NCBI GenBank assembly: GCA_963806225.1
Contig: CAWDXG010000003.1
Location: forward strand, 224,001-288,000
Source: an uncultured delta proteobacterium
GTDB taxonomy: Bacteria; Myxococcota_A; Polyangia; Polyangiales; Polyangiaceae
DNA: 64,000 nt
Direction: 5' to 3'
Positions 11,164-23,720 of the stretch are shown one piece after another. Position numbers and translations under genes: made by a program. The notes under the pieces are model-generated. The model was not told the origin of the DNA, searched no databases, and saw only the letters and a list, made by a program, of their open reading frames with translations. Within the stretch, counting starts at the first letter, position 1. Every line of letters begins with the position of its first letter.

Positions 11164-11298
11164 GTCCAGCTCCACACACCCGCATAACCGTAACGCCCGG
11201 GCGGCCTAGCCGTCCGGGCGTACGTTTGTCCGCGAACCAGCCGCGTAGACCGCCGGCGGCGCGACGCCGCTCGCGCTCCGCCGACCGGCGCGGCCCAG

Positions 11299-11949
11299 CT
11301 ACAGCCCGAGCGCCTTCTTGAAGCGCTTGGCATCCGCGAACATGTCCACATTCGCGAAGATGTACGTCGCTTCCTGATCCGGCGCCTCGCCAGCGATCTC
11401 GGCGAGCCGCTCGATGGCCGGATCCTCGTAGCGCGACTTGCGCCCCGCCGGCCCGGGCATGCGGTAGTACGCGGCCGGACGCTTCGACAAGCCGTGCTGC
11501 AGCGGATCGCGCGACGCGAGCGAATCCGTCTCCTCGGCGATGGAATCGGCGTCGTCCGGATCCCAGGGCGCGCCCACCTCGAACACGACGCGGTCGAACT
11601 GCTTTTTCACCATCTTCAGGAAATCACGCAACGCCGTGCGGTTCGCGCGCGACGCCGGGAAATCGGTCGGCGCGAGGAACACGGCTGTCTTCGCGTCCAG
11701 CTCCGCCGCCACTTCGCCCAGGCCCTTCAGCGCCGTCTCGATGACCTTTCCCTCGCGGAAGCCCTCCTGGCCCACCTCGCGGGGACCGAGCAGCGCGAAC
11801 TCGAAACCCTCCGGCGCCTCGCGACGCCAGCGCCGGATGGTGCCGGGCCCCGGGACGGCCAGGTGGGTCTCCTGTACCTCGACGAACAGGTACTCCTTGA
11901 AGTACCGCGTCGCCGGAACGGCAAAACCCGCACATCCGACCGTGATCAT
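11299..11949 (-). CDS. DUF72-like TIM-barrel protein
   Basis: MITVGCAGF, VEVQET, RRWRREAPEGFEF, YYRMPG, C-terminal YIFAN..DAKRF. Confidence 0.7.
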   Translation of the reverse strand: MITVGCAGFAVPATRYFKEYLFVEVQETHLAVPGPGTIRRWRREAPEGFEFALLGPREVGQEGFREGKVIETALKGLGEVAAELDAKTAVFLAPTDFPASRANRTALRDFLKMVKKQFDRVVFEVGAPWDPDDADSIAEETDSLASRDPLQHGLSKRPAAYYRMPGPAGRKSRYEDPAIERLAEIAGEAPDQEATYIFANVDMFADAKRFKKALGL

Positions 11950-12040
11950 GGCCGCGCAACCGTAACACACGCCCGCACGACCCGCAGGTTGCTATCCGGG
12001 TTTTTCGCGGGAGCATCCGGACTCGTCATCCCGCTCGCCG

Positions 12041-12574
12041 TCACATCGGCTCGACGCCTGGCTCCGGCTCTCCGAGCACCTGCCGCGCCAGCGCGGTGCC
12101 CAACCGCCGCGCCGCCGCCCGCACGGCCTCGTCGTTCCGCACCGCCTCCACGCGCGGGTCGCTCTGGCTCGCGTAGCGCTCCACCCGACGCAGATCCCCG
12201 GTGTCCCGACTCGGAGCGGAACCAGGACCCTGCTCCACCCACGCCCGCGCCACGACGCCCACCGACGAACCGCGCGCCAGCGGCAGAGTCGTCCCCGCGG
12301 CCGGCGTCGCGCCGATCCCACTCGCCAGCTCGTCCACCCGCAGCAGCTCCACGCGCAGCTTCGGATACCCCTGCCCCTTCGCCAGCACGCCGGCCCGCGA
12401 CAGCTCCGCCCGCGCGCCGGCGAGCAGCGCCGAAAGCGCCTGGGCACTAGGCGCCTTGGCCGGTGCCGCCTCCACGCTCAGGCGCTCCGTCGGCCGCTGC
12501 CCGCCGTACTCCGCATGATATCCACAGCCCCCAAATAGCGCCGCTGCCAGCACAAACAGCGCCAGCGGTTTCAC
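12041..12574 (-). CDS. Putative lipoprotein (LptE-like size and N-terminus)
   Basis: Hydrophobic signal ending FGGCGYH; C-terminal helix AVRAAARRLGTALA; start uncertain. Confidence 0.5.
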   Translation of the reverse strand: MKPLALFVLAAALFGGCGYHAEYGGQRPTERLSVEAAPAKAPSAQALSALLAGARAELSRAGVLAKGQGYPKLRVELLRVDELASGIGATPAAGTTLPLARGSSVGVVARAWVEQGPGSAPSRDTGDLRRVERYASQSDPRVEAVRNDEAVRAAARRLGTALARQVLGEPEPGVEPM

Positions 12575-13070
12575 GGGAAACAACAATCTTTCCACAGCCG
12601 ACCTTATGTTCACCTGGCGCGCGCGACCACTGGACATCGGCGTGGGGATCATAGCGCGTGCGCGCCTGCGACGAACACCCGACGCAGGTACGCGCCACAG
12701 CCGCCTCCAGCCCAGCACGAGCCGTCCCGACCCTCAAGCGCGCCAGGGCGCTCATCTCCGCGACCGCAGCCGTTTCCAGTGTTGTGGCCGGTCACGAACG
12801 TGAGGAGCAGCGCCTCGCCGCGCTGCCAGGTCCTCTCGATCTCCTCAGCGCGGCGCGGGCCGGGGTGGAATACCCGGCTTTCGGTGCAGATCTCTGAAGC
12901 GGTTGGTCGCAACGGTCCGCGCTGGATACGGCGCCGCAGCGAGTCGCCGAATGGAACCTGGTGCGCCCGCCGATGCATGGGCTCAAGGAAATCCCTATAG
13001 CCGAGGGTGGCTGTATTTGCGGAATATGGCAAACATGACACTTCCAACACCTACGTACCGAAAACACACA

Positions 13071-13970
13071 ATGGTACAGCTTGTGAGAGCCCTCGGTGTA
13101 GGGGCGTTCCTGGCTGTCTCGACCGTTGCGAGCACCGGAGCGGCGCAAAGCTGCCCTCCGGACTACCCGCAGCTTTGCGGAACCGGCTGCGCGCCCGCCG
13201 GTGCCGAGTGCTGCGCAAATGGCAAATACTGCCCCTCCGGGAGCTACTGCAACAGTTCAGGTGGCTGCACGTCGAACAGTGGTTCCGGCGGCAGTGGTGG
13301 CGGCGGCGGCGGCAGTGGGACCTGCCCCTCCAGTCATCCGGTCGACTGCGGTAACGGGTATTGTTGCGACTCGTCGCATCCCTACTGCTGCAGCAACGGG
13401 ACCTGTTCGAGCACAAGCTCGTGCAGCGGCGGCGGCGGCGGTGGTGGCGGTGGCGGTGGCGGTTACGGTGGCGGCAGTGGGACCTGCCCCTCCAGCCATC
13501 CGGTCGACTGCGGCAACGGGTATTGTTGCGACTCGTCGCATCCCTACTGTTGCAGCAACGGGACCTGTTCGAGCACAAGCTCGTGCAACGGCGGCGGCGG
13601 CGGTGGTGGCGGTTATGGCGGCGGTACCTCGACCTCCGGGGGCTACACGTGTTCGTCCACAAATGTCCAGAATGCAAATTGCAGCTACATCAAGTACTGC
13701 ATCGCCAATGACGCGTCCTCGAGTTACTACGAGGCCGATGGTCATCGGTTCCACTGCACCAACCCGCAGGATGTCTCCGGATGTGCCCAGAACACGGTTG
13801 ACTACTGTTCCAGCACGAGCGGCTCGTCGTATAACGACCCGAATACCAGTAGCGGCTGTGCAGTGACCGAGGGTTCGCCTGGTGTCCCGGGCGGGCTGTC
13901 CTTGGCCGCGCTCCTTGCTGTGGGGCTCCTGGTCGAACGGCGACGGCGGGGAACAGCAAATAGAGAATGA
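13071..13970 (+). CDS. Secreted Cys/Gly-rich surface protein with MYXO-CTERM-like anchor
   Basis: Signal peptide, duplicated TCPSSHPVDCGNGYCCDSSHPYCCSNGTCSSTSSC module, C-terminal SSGCAV + TM + RRRR. Confidence 0.75.
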   Translation: MVQLVRALGVGAFLAVSTVASTGAAQSCPPDYPQLCGTGCAPAGAECCANGKYCPSGSYCNSSGGCTSNSGSGGSGGGGGGSGTCPSSHPVDCGNGYCCDSSHPYCCSNGTCSSTSSCSGGGGGGGGGGGGYGGGSGTCPSSHPVDCGNGYCCDSSHPYCCSNGTCSSTSSCNGGGGGGGGYGGGTSTSGGYTCSSTNVQNANCSYIKYCIANDASSSYYEADGHRFHCTNPQDVSGCAQNTVDYCSSTSGSSYNDPNTSSGCAVTEGSPGVPGGLSLAALLAVGLLVERRRRGTANRE

Positions 13971-14182
13971 GCGACCCTTGCATCCGGTCGATGCGAGCAT
14001 TGCGCAGCGGCCGGAGCTCGGGAAGTCGGGTCACGCACGGGCGCGCCCGAAGGGCGCAGTGAACCCGATTGGACGAAGTCCAGCTGTGCCGGACCGAGTC
14101 CCGGGGGGGACCACGGTCCGCGCGAGGCTTGCAGTGAGCACGGCGGCGCGCTCGGCCGCCCCCACGCTGGGGAGCACCCCTG

Positions 14183-16838
<2,656 letters not shown>

Positions 16839-16914
16839 GAGCCGCTTTCCTTAGCAAATCCGCCGCGCGCTCCCCCACCCTCCACGCACTTCGGCGTCGG
16901 CTGACCCCGGCCCT

Positions 16915-17053
16915 GCGCGGGCGGCGCGGGCGGCGCGGGCGGCGCGGGCGGCGCGGGCGGCGCGGGCGGCGCGGGCGGCGCGGGCGGCGCGGGCGGCGCG
17001 GGCGGGCGGCGGGCGGCGCGGGCGGCGCGGGCGGCGCGGGCGGCGCGGGCGGC
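16915..17053. repeat. 9-bp tandem repeat (GGCGGCGCG)n
   Basis: Pure G/C microsatellite, about 15 copies, upstream of leuS. Confidence 0.9.
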
Positions 17054-17095
17054 GGTTCCCCCTGAGCGCGCGGATGCGCGCGATTTGGGGGAACC
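17054..17095. repeat. REP-like hairpin module copy
   Basis: GGTTCCCCC-TGA-GCGCGC..GCGCGC-GATTT-GGGGGAACC; same internal loop as copies at 53951 and 59013. Confidence 0.75.
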
Positions 17096-17248
17096 CCGCG
17101 CCAGAGGCGCGGGCGGGCAGTGGACGTGCCGAGCGAGGGGGCAACGCGCCATCTCCCATGTCGGCGTTGACGGGCGTTGCAGCGCGCGGGGCGGCGCGGG
17201 GCGAGGTGTGCGGGGGCGCGGGGAGGCGCGCGTGGAGGCGCGGGGCGA

Positions 17249-17317
17249 GGCGCGCTGGGCGGCGGGGCGCGCTGGGCGGCGGGGCGCGCTGGGCGGCGGG
17301 GCGCGCTGGGCGGGGCG
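17249..17317. repeat. 17-bp tandem repeat (GGCGCGCTGGGCGGCGG) x about 4
   Basis: Directly visible, immediately 5' of the ATGGATTATGTCAACTC motif. Confidence 0.8.
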
Positions 17318-17318
17318 C

Positions 17319-17335
17319 ATGGATTATGTCAACTC
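17319..17335 (+). promoter_or_regulatory. Conserved 17-mer ATGGATTATGTCAACTC (XerD-arm-like), copy 1
   Basis: Identical at 48204, one mismatch at 61006; TTATGTCAACT matches the E. coli dif XerD arm TTATGTTAAAT at 9/11. Confidence 0.6.
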
Positions 17336-17438
17336 AAGTGCGGCGCTCGAAGGCGAGCAGCCGAGATCGCGTGCCCGCTTCCCGCTTCCCACGCCGACCC
17401 GAGCGAAGTGCGCCGCACGGATTGCCCATCCGACGACG

Positions 17439-18186
17439 GGCATTTCCGCGCTCCCGGACGCCCCACGCCAACAAAATGCACGCCCCACGCGCATTTCCGC
17501 GCTCTCCCGGACGCCCCACGCCAACAAAATGCACGCCCCACGCGCATTTCCGCTCTCCCGGACGCCCCACGCCGACAAAATGCACGCCCCACGCGCATTT
17601 CCGCTCTCCCGGACGCCCCACGCCGACAAAATGCACGCCCCACGCGCATTTCCGCCGCTCTCCGGACGCCCCACGCCGAACGAAATCGCACGCCCCACGC
17701 GCATTTCCGCTCTCCCGGACGCCCCACGCCAACAAAATGCACGCCCCACGCGCATTTCCGCGCTCCCGGACGCCCCACGCCGACAAAATGCACGCCCCAC
17801 GCGCATTTCCGCGCTCCGGACGCCCCACGCCGACAAAATGCACGCCACGCGCATTTCCGCTCTCCCGGACGCCCCACGCCGACAAAATGCACGCCCCACG
17901 CGCATTTCCGCGCTCTCCGGACGCCCCACGCCGACAAAATGCACGCCCCACGCGCATTTCCGCCCTCCCGGACGCCCCACGCCAACAAAATGCACGCCCC
18001 ACGCGCATTTCCGCCCTCCCGGACGCCACACGCCAACAAAATGCACGCCCCACGCGCATTTCCGCTCTCCCGGACGCCCCACGCCGACAAAATGCACGCC
18101 CCACGCGCATTTCCGCTCTCCCGGACGCCCCACGCCGACAAAATGCACGCCCCACGCGCATTTCCGCTCTCCCGGACGCCCCACGC
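17439..18186. repeat. 51-bp tandem array A (about 14-15 units)
   Basis: Unit GCATTTCCGCTCTCCCGGACGCCCCACGCCGACAAAATGCACGCCCCACGC; hairpin AAATGCACG-CCCCA-CGCGCATTT. Confidence 0.95.
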
Positions 18187-18210
18187 GCCGGACGCTTCAC
18201 GGCGGCATGC

Positions 18211-19485
18211 CTACGTGCCGCGCTTCTTCTCCGCCCGCGCGATCTTCCGCTCCAGCCGCGCCTTCCGCCGCGCGGTCGCTTCGTCGCTCTCCCCCGTCCC
18301 CCGCAGCACGACCTCCAGCGCCTTGAGCGGCTCCTTGACGTGGTGCTCGTAGAGCTTGCCGAGCTCGAGCCGCACGCGCGGATCGTCGAGCTCGGCGCTG
18401 AGCGCCTCGAAGTCGCTGAGCGCGCGGGCGCGATCGCCCCGCGCCTTGGCGATCTCGCCGCGCACGCGCAGGGCTTCGCTGCCCGCGCCGCGCTCCACCG
18501 CTGCGTGCGCCGCCTGGTCCGCGTCCGCCAGCGCTCCGGCGCGCTTGTAGGTCCGCGCAAGCCCGACCAAATCCAACTCGTGCAACGTGGACAGCGGCTC
18601 GCCGTAGAGCCCGACGAGCGCGGCCATGCTCACCACATCCCAGGCGTTGTGCTCGACCACGGCCGACAGCGCGCGCTCGTCGCCGCTGCGGAGGAAGTGC
18701 GCATAGCGCGGCGCGACGTCGGCTCCGGCGATGTCGTCGCCGCGTTCGAAGCCAAGCACTTCGCTCTCCAGCGTGGTCAGCTTGCACGCGCCGAGCCGCG
18801 CCTTGTGCAACCGCCGCCCGACGTGCAAGAGGTCGAGATGCGGCCGCGCTGGCAGCGCCGGCAGGTGGTTCATGACGTAGCGCCCGGCGAGCAGCGGCAT
18901 GTCGAACGCCTTGCCGTTGTACGTGACGAGCACGCTCGCTGTGGCAATCCGCTCCCTCAAGAGCGCGAGCATGGCTTCCTCTTCCGCCGGCGTGCGCAAG
19001 AGCAGCTGCTCCATCACGAGCCGCCCGTCGTCGTCGAACCACGACATTCCCACCAGGAACGCGACGATGCCCGCTCCGCCGCCGAGCCCGGTCGTCTCCG
19101 TATCCAGGTAAAGCGCGCGCCTTGGATCCACCTCGGCCAGCGACGGATCGAGGGCCAGCAGCGCGAGCACCGACGCCTCGGCCGCGTACGCCGCGTCGAC
19201 CGGCATGCGCCCCACGTGATGCGACGGAAGCAGCCGCTCGAGCCGCTGGTACACGGCCCCTTCCGGGCGCTCGACCCGCGCGAAGGGCAGCTCGGTCAGC
19301 GACGGATCGGCCGGCATGCGTCCGGCGGGTGGCTCGCGGCCCAGGATTTCCGCCATGCGCTCGCGCAGCGAGTCGAGCGTCCGGGCGCGCTTGCCGTCGG
19401 GCACGCCGCTCGCGTCGGCCTCCGCAGCCGCTTCGTGGCGACCGATCGGTGGACCCAGGCGTCCGAGCTTGTCCTTCAGGCCCAC
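18211..19485 (-). CDS. YprB/MrfB-like RNase H-fold (DEDD) exonuclease with TPR-like C-terminus
   Basis: YLDTETTGL, TYNGKAFDMP, HLDLLH, HNAWDV, C-terminal LELGKLYEH. Confidence 0.85.
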   Translation of the reverse strand: MGLKDKLGRLGPPIGRHEAAAEADASGVPDGKRARTLDSLRERMAEILGREPPAGRMPADPSLTELPFARVERPEGAVYQRLERLLPSHHVGRMPVDAAYAAEASVLALLALDPSLAEVDPRRALYLDTETTGLGGGAGIVAFLVGMSWFDDDGRLVMEQLLLRTPAEEEAMLALLRERIATASVLVTYNGKAFDMPLLAGRYVMNHLPALPARPHLDLLHVGRRLHKARLGACKLTTLESEVLGFERGDDIAGADVAPRYAHFLRSGDERALSAVVEHNAWDVVSMAALVGLYGEPLSTLHELDLVGLARTYKRAGALADADQAAHAAVERGAGSEALRVRGEIAKARGDRARALSDFEALSAELDDPRVRLELGKLYEHHVKEPLKALEVVLRGTGESDEATARRKARLERKIARAEKKRGT

Positions 19486-19665
19486 GCACACCGTTGTAGC
19501 TCACCTGGGCGCAGCCCGCTCCGCGCGCGGCATTTTCCGGCCGCGCGTGTGGGGGCCGCGGAGCACGTCGCCGCTTCCGCCGGCGGCGGCGTTCGGGCCC
19601 GTCAGGTGGTGGAAGTCGAAGCCGAGGCCGCGGTAGCATGTGCGGGTCCTTCCCGGCACCCGGAA

Positions 19666-21039
19666 ATGCCAGAGCTACTGATCGTCGACCCCGATCGTGC
19701 GAGCCGCGACGCGCTGGTGGAAATCCTTTCCGCAGAGGAGCGCGGGACGTCGCAGGTGGCTTCGGCGAGCGATGCGCTCGAGCTCCTGGCCGCGGAGCCC
19801 CACGACATCGTCATCGTCGACCTCGCCGCCGGCGAAGGGGGCGTCCGCACGCTCCTCGAGCAACTCGGGAAGCGCTGGCCCGAGATCCAGGTACTGGTCA
19901 GCGCAGGCCGCGCGGCGCTACCCGACGCCGTCGCGGTTCTGAAGGCGGGGGCCTCCGATTTCCTGATGAAACCGTTCCAGAAGGCGGAAGTGCTGCGGGC
20001 GGTAGCCAAGGCGCGCGCCGCCGCCGAGCACGCTGCGCGCGACCTTCCGGTGTTGGGGAGCGACACGCCGACGCTTGTCGGCGCGTCTTCCGCGCTCGAT
20101 CGTTCGCTCGAGGTGATCCGGCGCGCCGCATCCAGCAACAGCACCGTGCTCATCCGCGGCGAGAGCGGCACGGGCAAGGAGCTGGCAGCCCGGGCCGTAC
20201 ACGACCAGAGCCCGCGGAGCGGGGCGCCCTTCATCAAGGTGCACTGTGCGGCGATCCCCGACATGCTGCTGGAGAGCGAGCTCTTCGGCTACGAGAAGGG
20301 GGCCTTCACGGGCGCGGTGGGGCAGAAGCCCGGCCGCATCGACCTCGCCGAAGGTGGAACGCTTTTCCTCGACGAGATCGGCGATATTTCCGCGATGACC
20401 CAGGTCAAGCTGCTCAGGCTTCTGCAGGACCGGCAGTTCGAGCGGCTGGGCGGACGGCGGACCATCACGGCCGACGTGCGCTTCGTCGCCGCGACGCACC
20501 GCGACCTGGAGGCGCTGGTCCGCTCCGGCTCGTTCCGCGAGGATCTGTTCTATCGCCTGAACGTGGTCACGGTGTGGCTCCCGCCGCTGAGGGCGCGCCG
20601 CAGCGACATTCCCGAGCTCGTCCGCCATTTCTGCCTGCGCTTCGCCGGAGCCAACCAGCGCGACGCGGTCGAGTTCGACAAGCCGGCGTTGGAGCTTCTG
20701 ACGCAGCAGCGCTGGCCGGGCAACGTGCGGCAGCTGCAGAACTTCGTGGAGCGGCTCGCCGTTCTCGCCACCGGTCGCGTGGTCTCCGCGGACGATGTGC
20801 GGGCGGAACTGTCCGGGCAGGTTCCGTTCGAGACCGAGCCGTCCCGGCACTCGATGTCCCACACGACGGCCCCCGGCTCCGCCGTCGGACCCCTGGACGA
20901 TAAGCTGCAGCGCGCGGAGCGCCGGGCTCTGGAGCGCGCGCTGGCCAAGGCCGACAACAACAGGACCGAGGCGGCGCGGCTGCTCGGGGTCAGCAGACGG
21001 ACCCTGTACAACAAGCTCCAGCAGTACGGCATGCTCTGA
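19666..21039 (+). CDS. Sigma54-dependent transcriptional activator (REC-AAA+-HTH)
   Basis: RGESGTGKE, ESELFGYEKGAFTGA, LFLDEIG, FREDLFYRLNV, WPGNVRQL, Fis-type HTH AARLLGVSRRTLYNKL. Confidence 0.95.
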   Translation: MPELLIVDPDRASRDALVEILSAEERGTSQVASASDALELLAAEPHDIVIVDLAAGEGGVRTLLEQLGKRWPEIQVLVSAGRAALPDAVAVLKAGASDFLMKPFQKAEVLRAVAKARAAAEHAARDLPVLGSDTPTLVGASSALDRSLEVIRRAASSNSTVLIRGESGTGKELAARAVHDQSPRSGAPFIKVHCAAIPDMLLESELFGYEKGAFTGAVGQKPGRIDLAEGGTLFLDEIGDISAMTQVKLLRLLQDRQFERLGGRRTITADVRFVAATHRDLEALVRSGSFREDLFYRLNVVTVWLPPLRARRSDIPELVRHFCLRFAGANQRDAVEFDKPALELLTQQRWPGNVRQLQNFVERLAVLATGRVVSADDVRAELSGQVPFETEPSRHSMSHTTAPGSAVGPLDDKLQRAERRALERALAKADNNRTEAARLLGVSRRTLYNKLQQYGML

Positions 21040-21908
21040 TGCCGGAGTGGGCTCCAGGCGAAGAGCTCCGGGCGGGCATGACGGCCGGCGCCTACCAGCT
21101 CCTGGCCCCGCTGGGGGAAGGCGGCATGGGCTCCGTCTGGGCAGCGACGCACGTGCCGTCGGGACGCGAGGTCGCGTTGAAGTTCGTCAAGGGCAGGCCC
21201 GACGCGCACCACAGCGGGCGGCTGCTCCGCGAGGCGTGGGCCGCCTCCGCGATCGATCATCCGAACGTCGTCGAGGTCTTCGAGGTCTTCGAGCACGTGC
21301 CGGGGGTGCCGGTGATCGCCATGGCGCGGCTTCGGGGCGCCACGCTCCGGCAACCGCTGGAGCAACGCGGCAGCCTCGGGCTCCTCGAGACCGCCGCGCT
21401 GCTCCGCCCCGTCGTCTCCGCGATCGAGGCGGCGCACGCACGGGGCATCGTGCATCGCGATCTCAAGCCGGAGAACATCTTCCTCGACGAATCCACGGGC
21501 GTGAAGCGGGTCAAGGTGGTGGATTTCGGCATCGCGAAGCTGGTCGCCCCCGAGGGCGGGCTAGCGACCTGGTCCACGCTCACGATGACCGGAGCGGCCG
21601 TCGGCACGCCCTGCTACATGGCGCCCGAGCAGGCGTGGGGCGAAGCGGTCGACCATCGGGCGGACATCTGGGCGCTCGGGGTGGTCCTGTACGAGTGCCT
21701 GTCGGGCGTGCGTCCGATCGAAGGCGATACCTTCGGCCAGTTCCTGAAGAATATCTCCCGCTCCGGCATCATGCCCCTCTCTGCGCTGGTTCCCGAGCTG
21801 CCCGAGGTGCTGAGCACCCTGGTCGACCGGATGCTGCTCCGTGACCGCGAGCAGCGCCCGCGCGACCTGGCCGAAGTCGCGAGCGTGCTTTCGAGATTCG
21901 CCGGCTGA
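21039..21908 (+). CDS. Ser/Thr protein kinase (catalytic domain only)
   Basis: LGEGGMGSV, VALK, HRDLKPEN, DFG, GTPCYMAPEQ, DIWALG; overlaps activator stop (TGATG). Confidence 0.93.
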   Translation: MPEWAPGEELRAGMTAGAYQLLAPLGEGGMGSVWAATHVPSGREVALKFVKGRPDAHHSGRLLREAWAASAIDHPNVVEVFEVFEHVPGVPVIAMARLRGATLRQPLEQRGSLGLLETAALLRPVVSAIEAAHARGIVHRDLKPENIFLDESTGVKRVKVVDFGIAKLVAPEGGLATWSTLTMTGAAVGTPCYMAPEQAWGEAVDHRADIWALGVVLYECLSGVRPIEGDTFGQFLKNISRSGIMPLSALVPELPEVLSTLVDRMLLRDREQRPRDLAEVASVLSRFAG

Positions 21909-21918
21909 CCGCGCCCCG

Positions 21919-21978
21919 TGTGCAGGAGCCCGCACACCGGTTCGTGCAGACCGCTGCGCGTGTGCAGTCGGCTGCACA
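21919..21978. promoter_or_regulatory. Three tandem palindromic enhancer-like sites TGTGCAG-N4-CTGCACA
   Basis: Perfect copy 21961-21978, degenerate copies 21919-21936 and 21943-21960, upstream of a -24/-12 promoter. Confidence 0.6.
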
Positions 21979-22032
21979 GCTGGAACAGCGGATAGTTGCA
22001 TGTTTTTCGGCGTTCCACGGCCGGACGGAGCA

Positions 22033-22050
22033 CGGCACGTCGCGTGCAAT
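22033..22050 (+). promoter_or_regulatory. Sigma54 (-24/-12) promoter
   Basis: CGGCACGTCGCGTGCAAT has GG-N10-GC spacing and GGCACG core; about 60 bp before ATG 22109 with GAGGAGG RBS. Confidence 0.65.
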
Positions 22051-22108
22051 CCGACACGACATCGCGTGAGCAAGCCGCCCGCGCGCCAATCCCCACGAGG
22101 AGGTCGTC

Positions 22109-22771
22109 ATGCGCCGATACCATCTGCTGTCCGTACTCTCGCTGGTCGTTGCCCTGCCGATCGGCGGCTGCAGCAATCCCACCGGAGAAGGCGCGGGGAA
22201 ATCCCAGGCTCCCGGCAGCGCGGGCTCGGGCACGAGCATCTCCAGCTACTGCTTCGCGGTGTGCGGCAAGTCGACCGATTGCGATAGCTCGGTGGATATC
22301 GGCACCTGCGCCAACAAGTGCGAAAACGACAATGCCGCGGCAGGCCCCAAGCTGCGCGGGGACTACCTTTCGCGGCTCGAGTCGTGCGTCAAGGGCAAGG
22401 ACTGCGCGACGGTCCTCGCGCGCACCGCGCAGAGCACATGCGCGGACGAAGTCGTGGCATCACTCTCGCCGTCCAGCGTCGGGACGGCCTTCTGCGACGC
22501 CTATGCGTCCGCTGCGACCAAGTGCGGCGGCAATCTGGACAAGGCGACGTGCCTGGACGTGGCGAAGAGCTACAACGACGCGGCACTGAACGAGGCGAAG
22601 GCGTGTACGTCCCGTGCCTGCAGCGACATCGACAGCTGCGTGCAGGCCGCACTCGGTCTGCCCGACACCAGCGCGAGCGCTGCCAACAATTCCTGCAGCT
22701 ACGCCTACGACGGGAGCTGCGACGAGCCGGATCTCTGCGCGCCTGGCACCGACACGTACGATTGCAGCTGA
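22109..22771 (+). CDS. Cys-rich lipoprotein
   Basis: Lipobox IGGC; many spaced Cys; C-terminal CSYAYDGSCDEPDLCAPGTDTYDC. Confidence 0.8.
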   Translation: MRRYHLLSVLSLVVALPIGGCSNPTGEGAGKSQAPGSAGSGTSISSYCFAVCGKSTDCDSSVDIGTCANKCENDNAAAGPKLRGDYLSRLESCVKGKDCATVLARTAQSTCADEVVASLSPSSVGTAFCDAYASAATKCGGNLDKATCLDVAKSYNDAALNEAKACTSRACSDIDSCVQAALGLPDTSASAANNSCSYAYDGSCDEPDLCAPGTDTYDCS

Positions 22772-22946
22772 TGGATTCGCGGGCGCGGCCCACGGGAGCG
22801 GCGGGGCGCCGCCGCTCTACCGACCTGCCGCATCCCTATCCTATCCCGGAACATGACCCCTCTCATATGCCGGCTGAATTCGGGGTTCCCCAGCGAAAAC
22901 GATCTCCACACTTGCGCCCGGCGCGCCACCGTCCGGAAAGGAGCAC

Positions 22947-23621
22947 ATGATGCGTTGGTTCTCGACTCTTCCTGTCCTGTCGCTGATGGCCCTGGTTGCG
23001 GGGACGGCCCAGGCGCAACCCGCCGCTCCGCCGCCGCCGGCCGCTCCACCTGCTACGTACAGCAGCGAGCTCGCGGCGATGCCTTCTCCCGCTACCGGCG
23101 GCACCTACGCCCAGGCCCCGGCAGAGAACGCGCACGTCGGGTTGTTCGTCAACTCGCTGGGCGTGTTGCAGTTCGGCCTGTCACCCACCTTCGAGTACGG
23201 GAGCAATGCCTCGTTCAACGCCCGCGCGCTGTTCTTCAACACGGGCGCTCTGTCGTACGTCACGGCGGGCGACGACACGCTCCACTTCACGGTCGGCGCA
23301 GGACCGGGGTTCCGGTACTACTTCGGCAGCAACGGCAACCTGCGAGGAGGCTACATCGGCGGCTTTGGGCTCTATCTACCGGAGGAGGAACAGTACAAGG
23401 ACCAGACGCTGTACAAGAGCACCTTCTTCGTCCTCAGCGGCGAAGGAGGGTATCGCTGGGTCTTCCACAGCGGCTTTCTCGTGGGCGTAGGCGCCATGGC
23501 CGGCGTCGCCGTCCTGGTCGACAAGAGCGTCCAGGCCCTGAACGAGTACGGCGCCGACACCAACGATGCGCACACCCAGCCCTTCGGCATGCTGACGCTC
23601 GATCTCGGCTTCCTGATCTAG
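22947..23621 (+). CDS. Secreted protein, probable small outer-membrane beta-barrel
   Basis: Signal peptide AQA, Pro-rich linker, alternating beta strands (GFRYYF, GYRWVF), terminal LDLGFLI. Confidence 0.6.
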   Translation: MMRWFSTLPVLSLMALVAGTAQAQPAAPPPPAAPPATYSSELAAMPSPATGGTYAQAPAENAHVGLFVNSLGVLQFGLSPTFEYGSNASFNARALFFNTGALSYVTAGDDTLHFTVGAGPGFRYYFGSNGNLRGGYIGGFGLYLPEEEQYKDQTLYKSTFFVLSGEGGYRWVFHSGFLVGVGAMAGVAVLVDKSVQALNEYGADTNDAHTQPFGMLTLDLGFLI

Positions 23622-23720
23622 CCGGGCCCGGCCTCACGGCCTGTCCGCTGCGCCCGCTTGTCGAGGAATCCCGAGCGGCGACACCGACTGCGCCACGATC
23701 ATCCTGCTAACCTTCCGCCC

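Noticed and set aside
16839..17320. T-box riboswitch upstream of leuS or ileS
   Set aside because: No AGGGTGGNACCGCG T-box motif or U-rich terminator seen; leaders are occupied by repeats
17307..17335. A complete dif site
   Set aside because: None of the three copies has a XerC arm ending in ATAA, and three chromosomal dif sites in 44 kb is implausible
17074..18560. Long ORFs over the arrays (also 28353, 36027-37457, 47978-49223, 52065-54396, 61006)
   Set aside because: Stop-free GC-rich repeats open several frames on both strands; frame-breaking unit variants; no RBS or domain. Only the MDYVNS start is kept as a minor alternative
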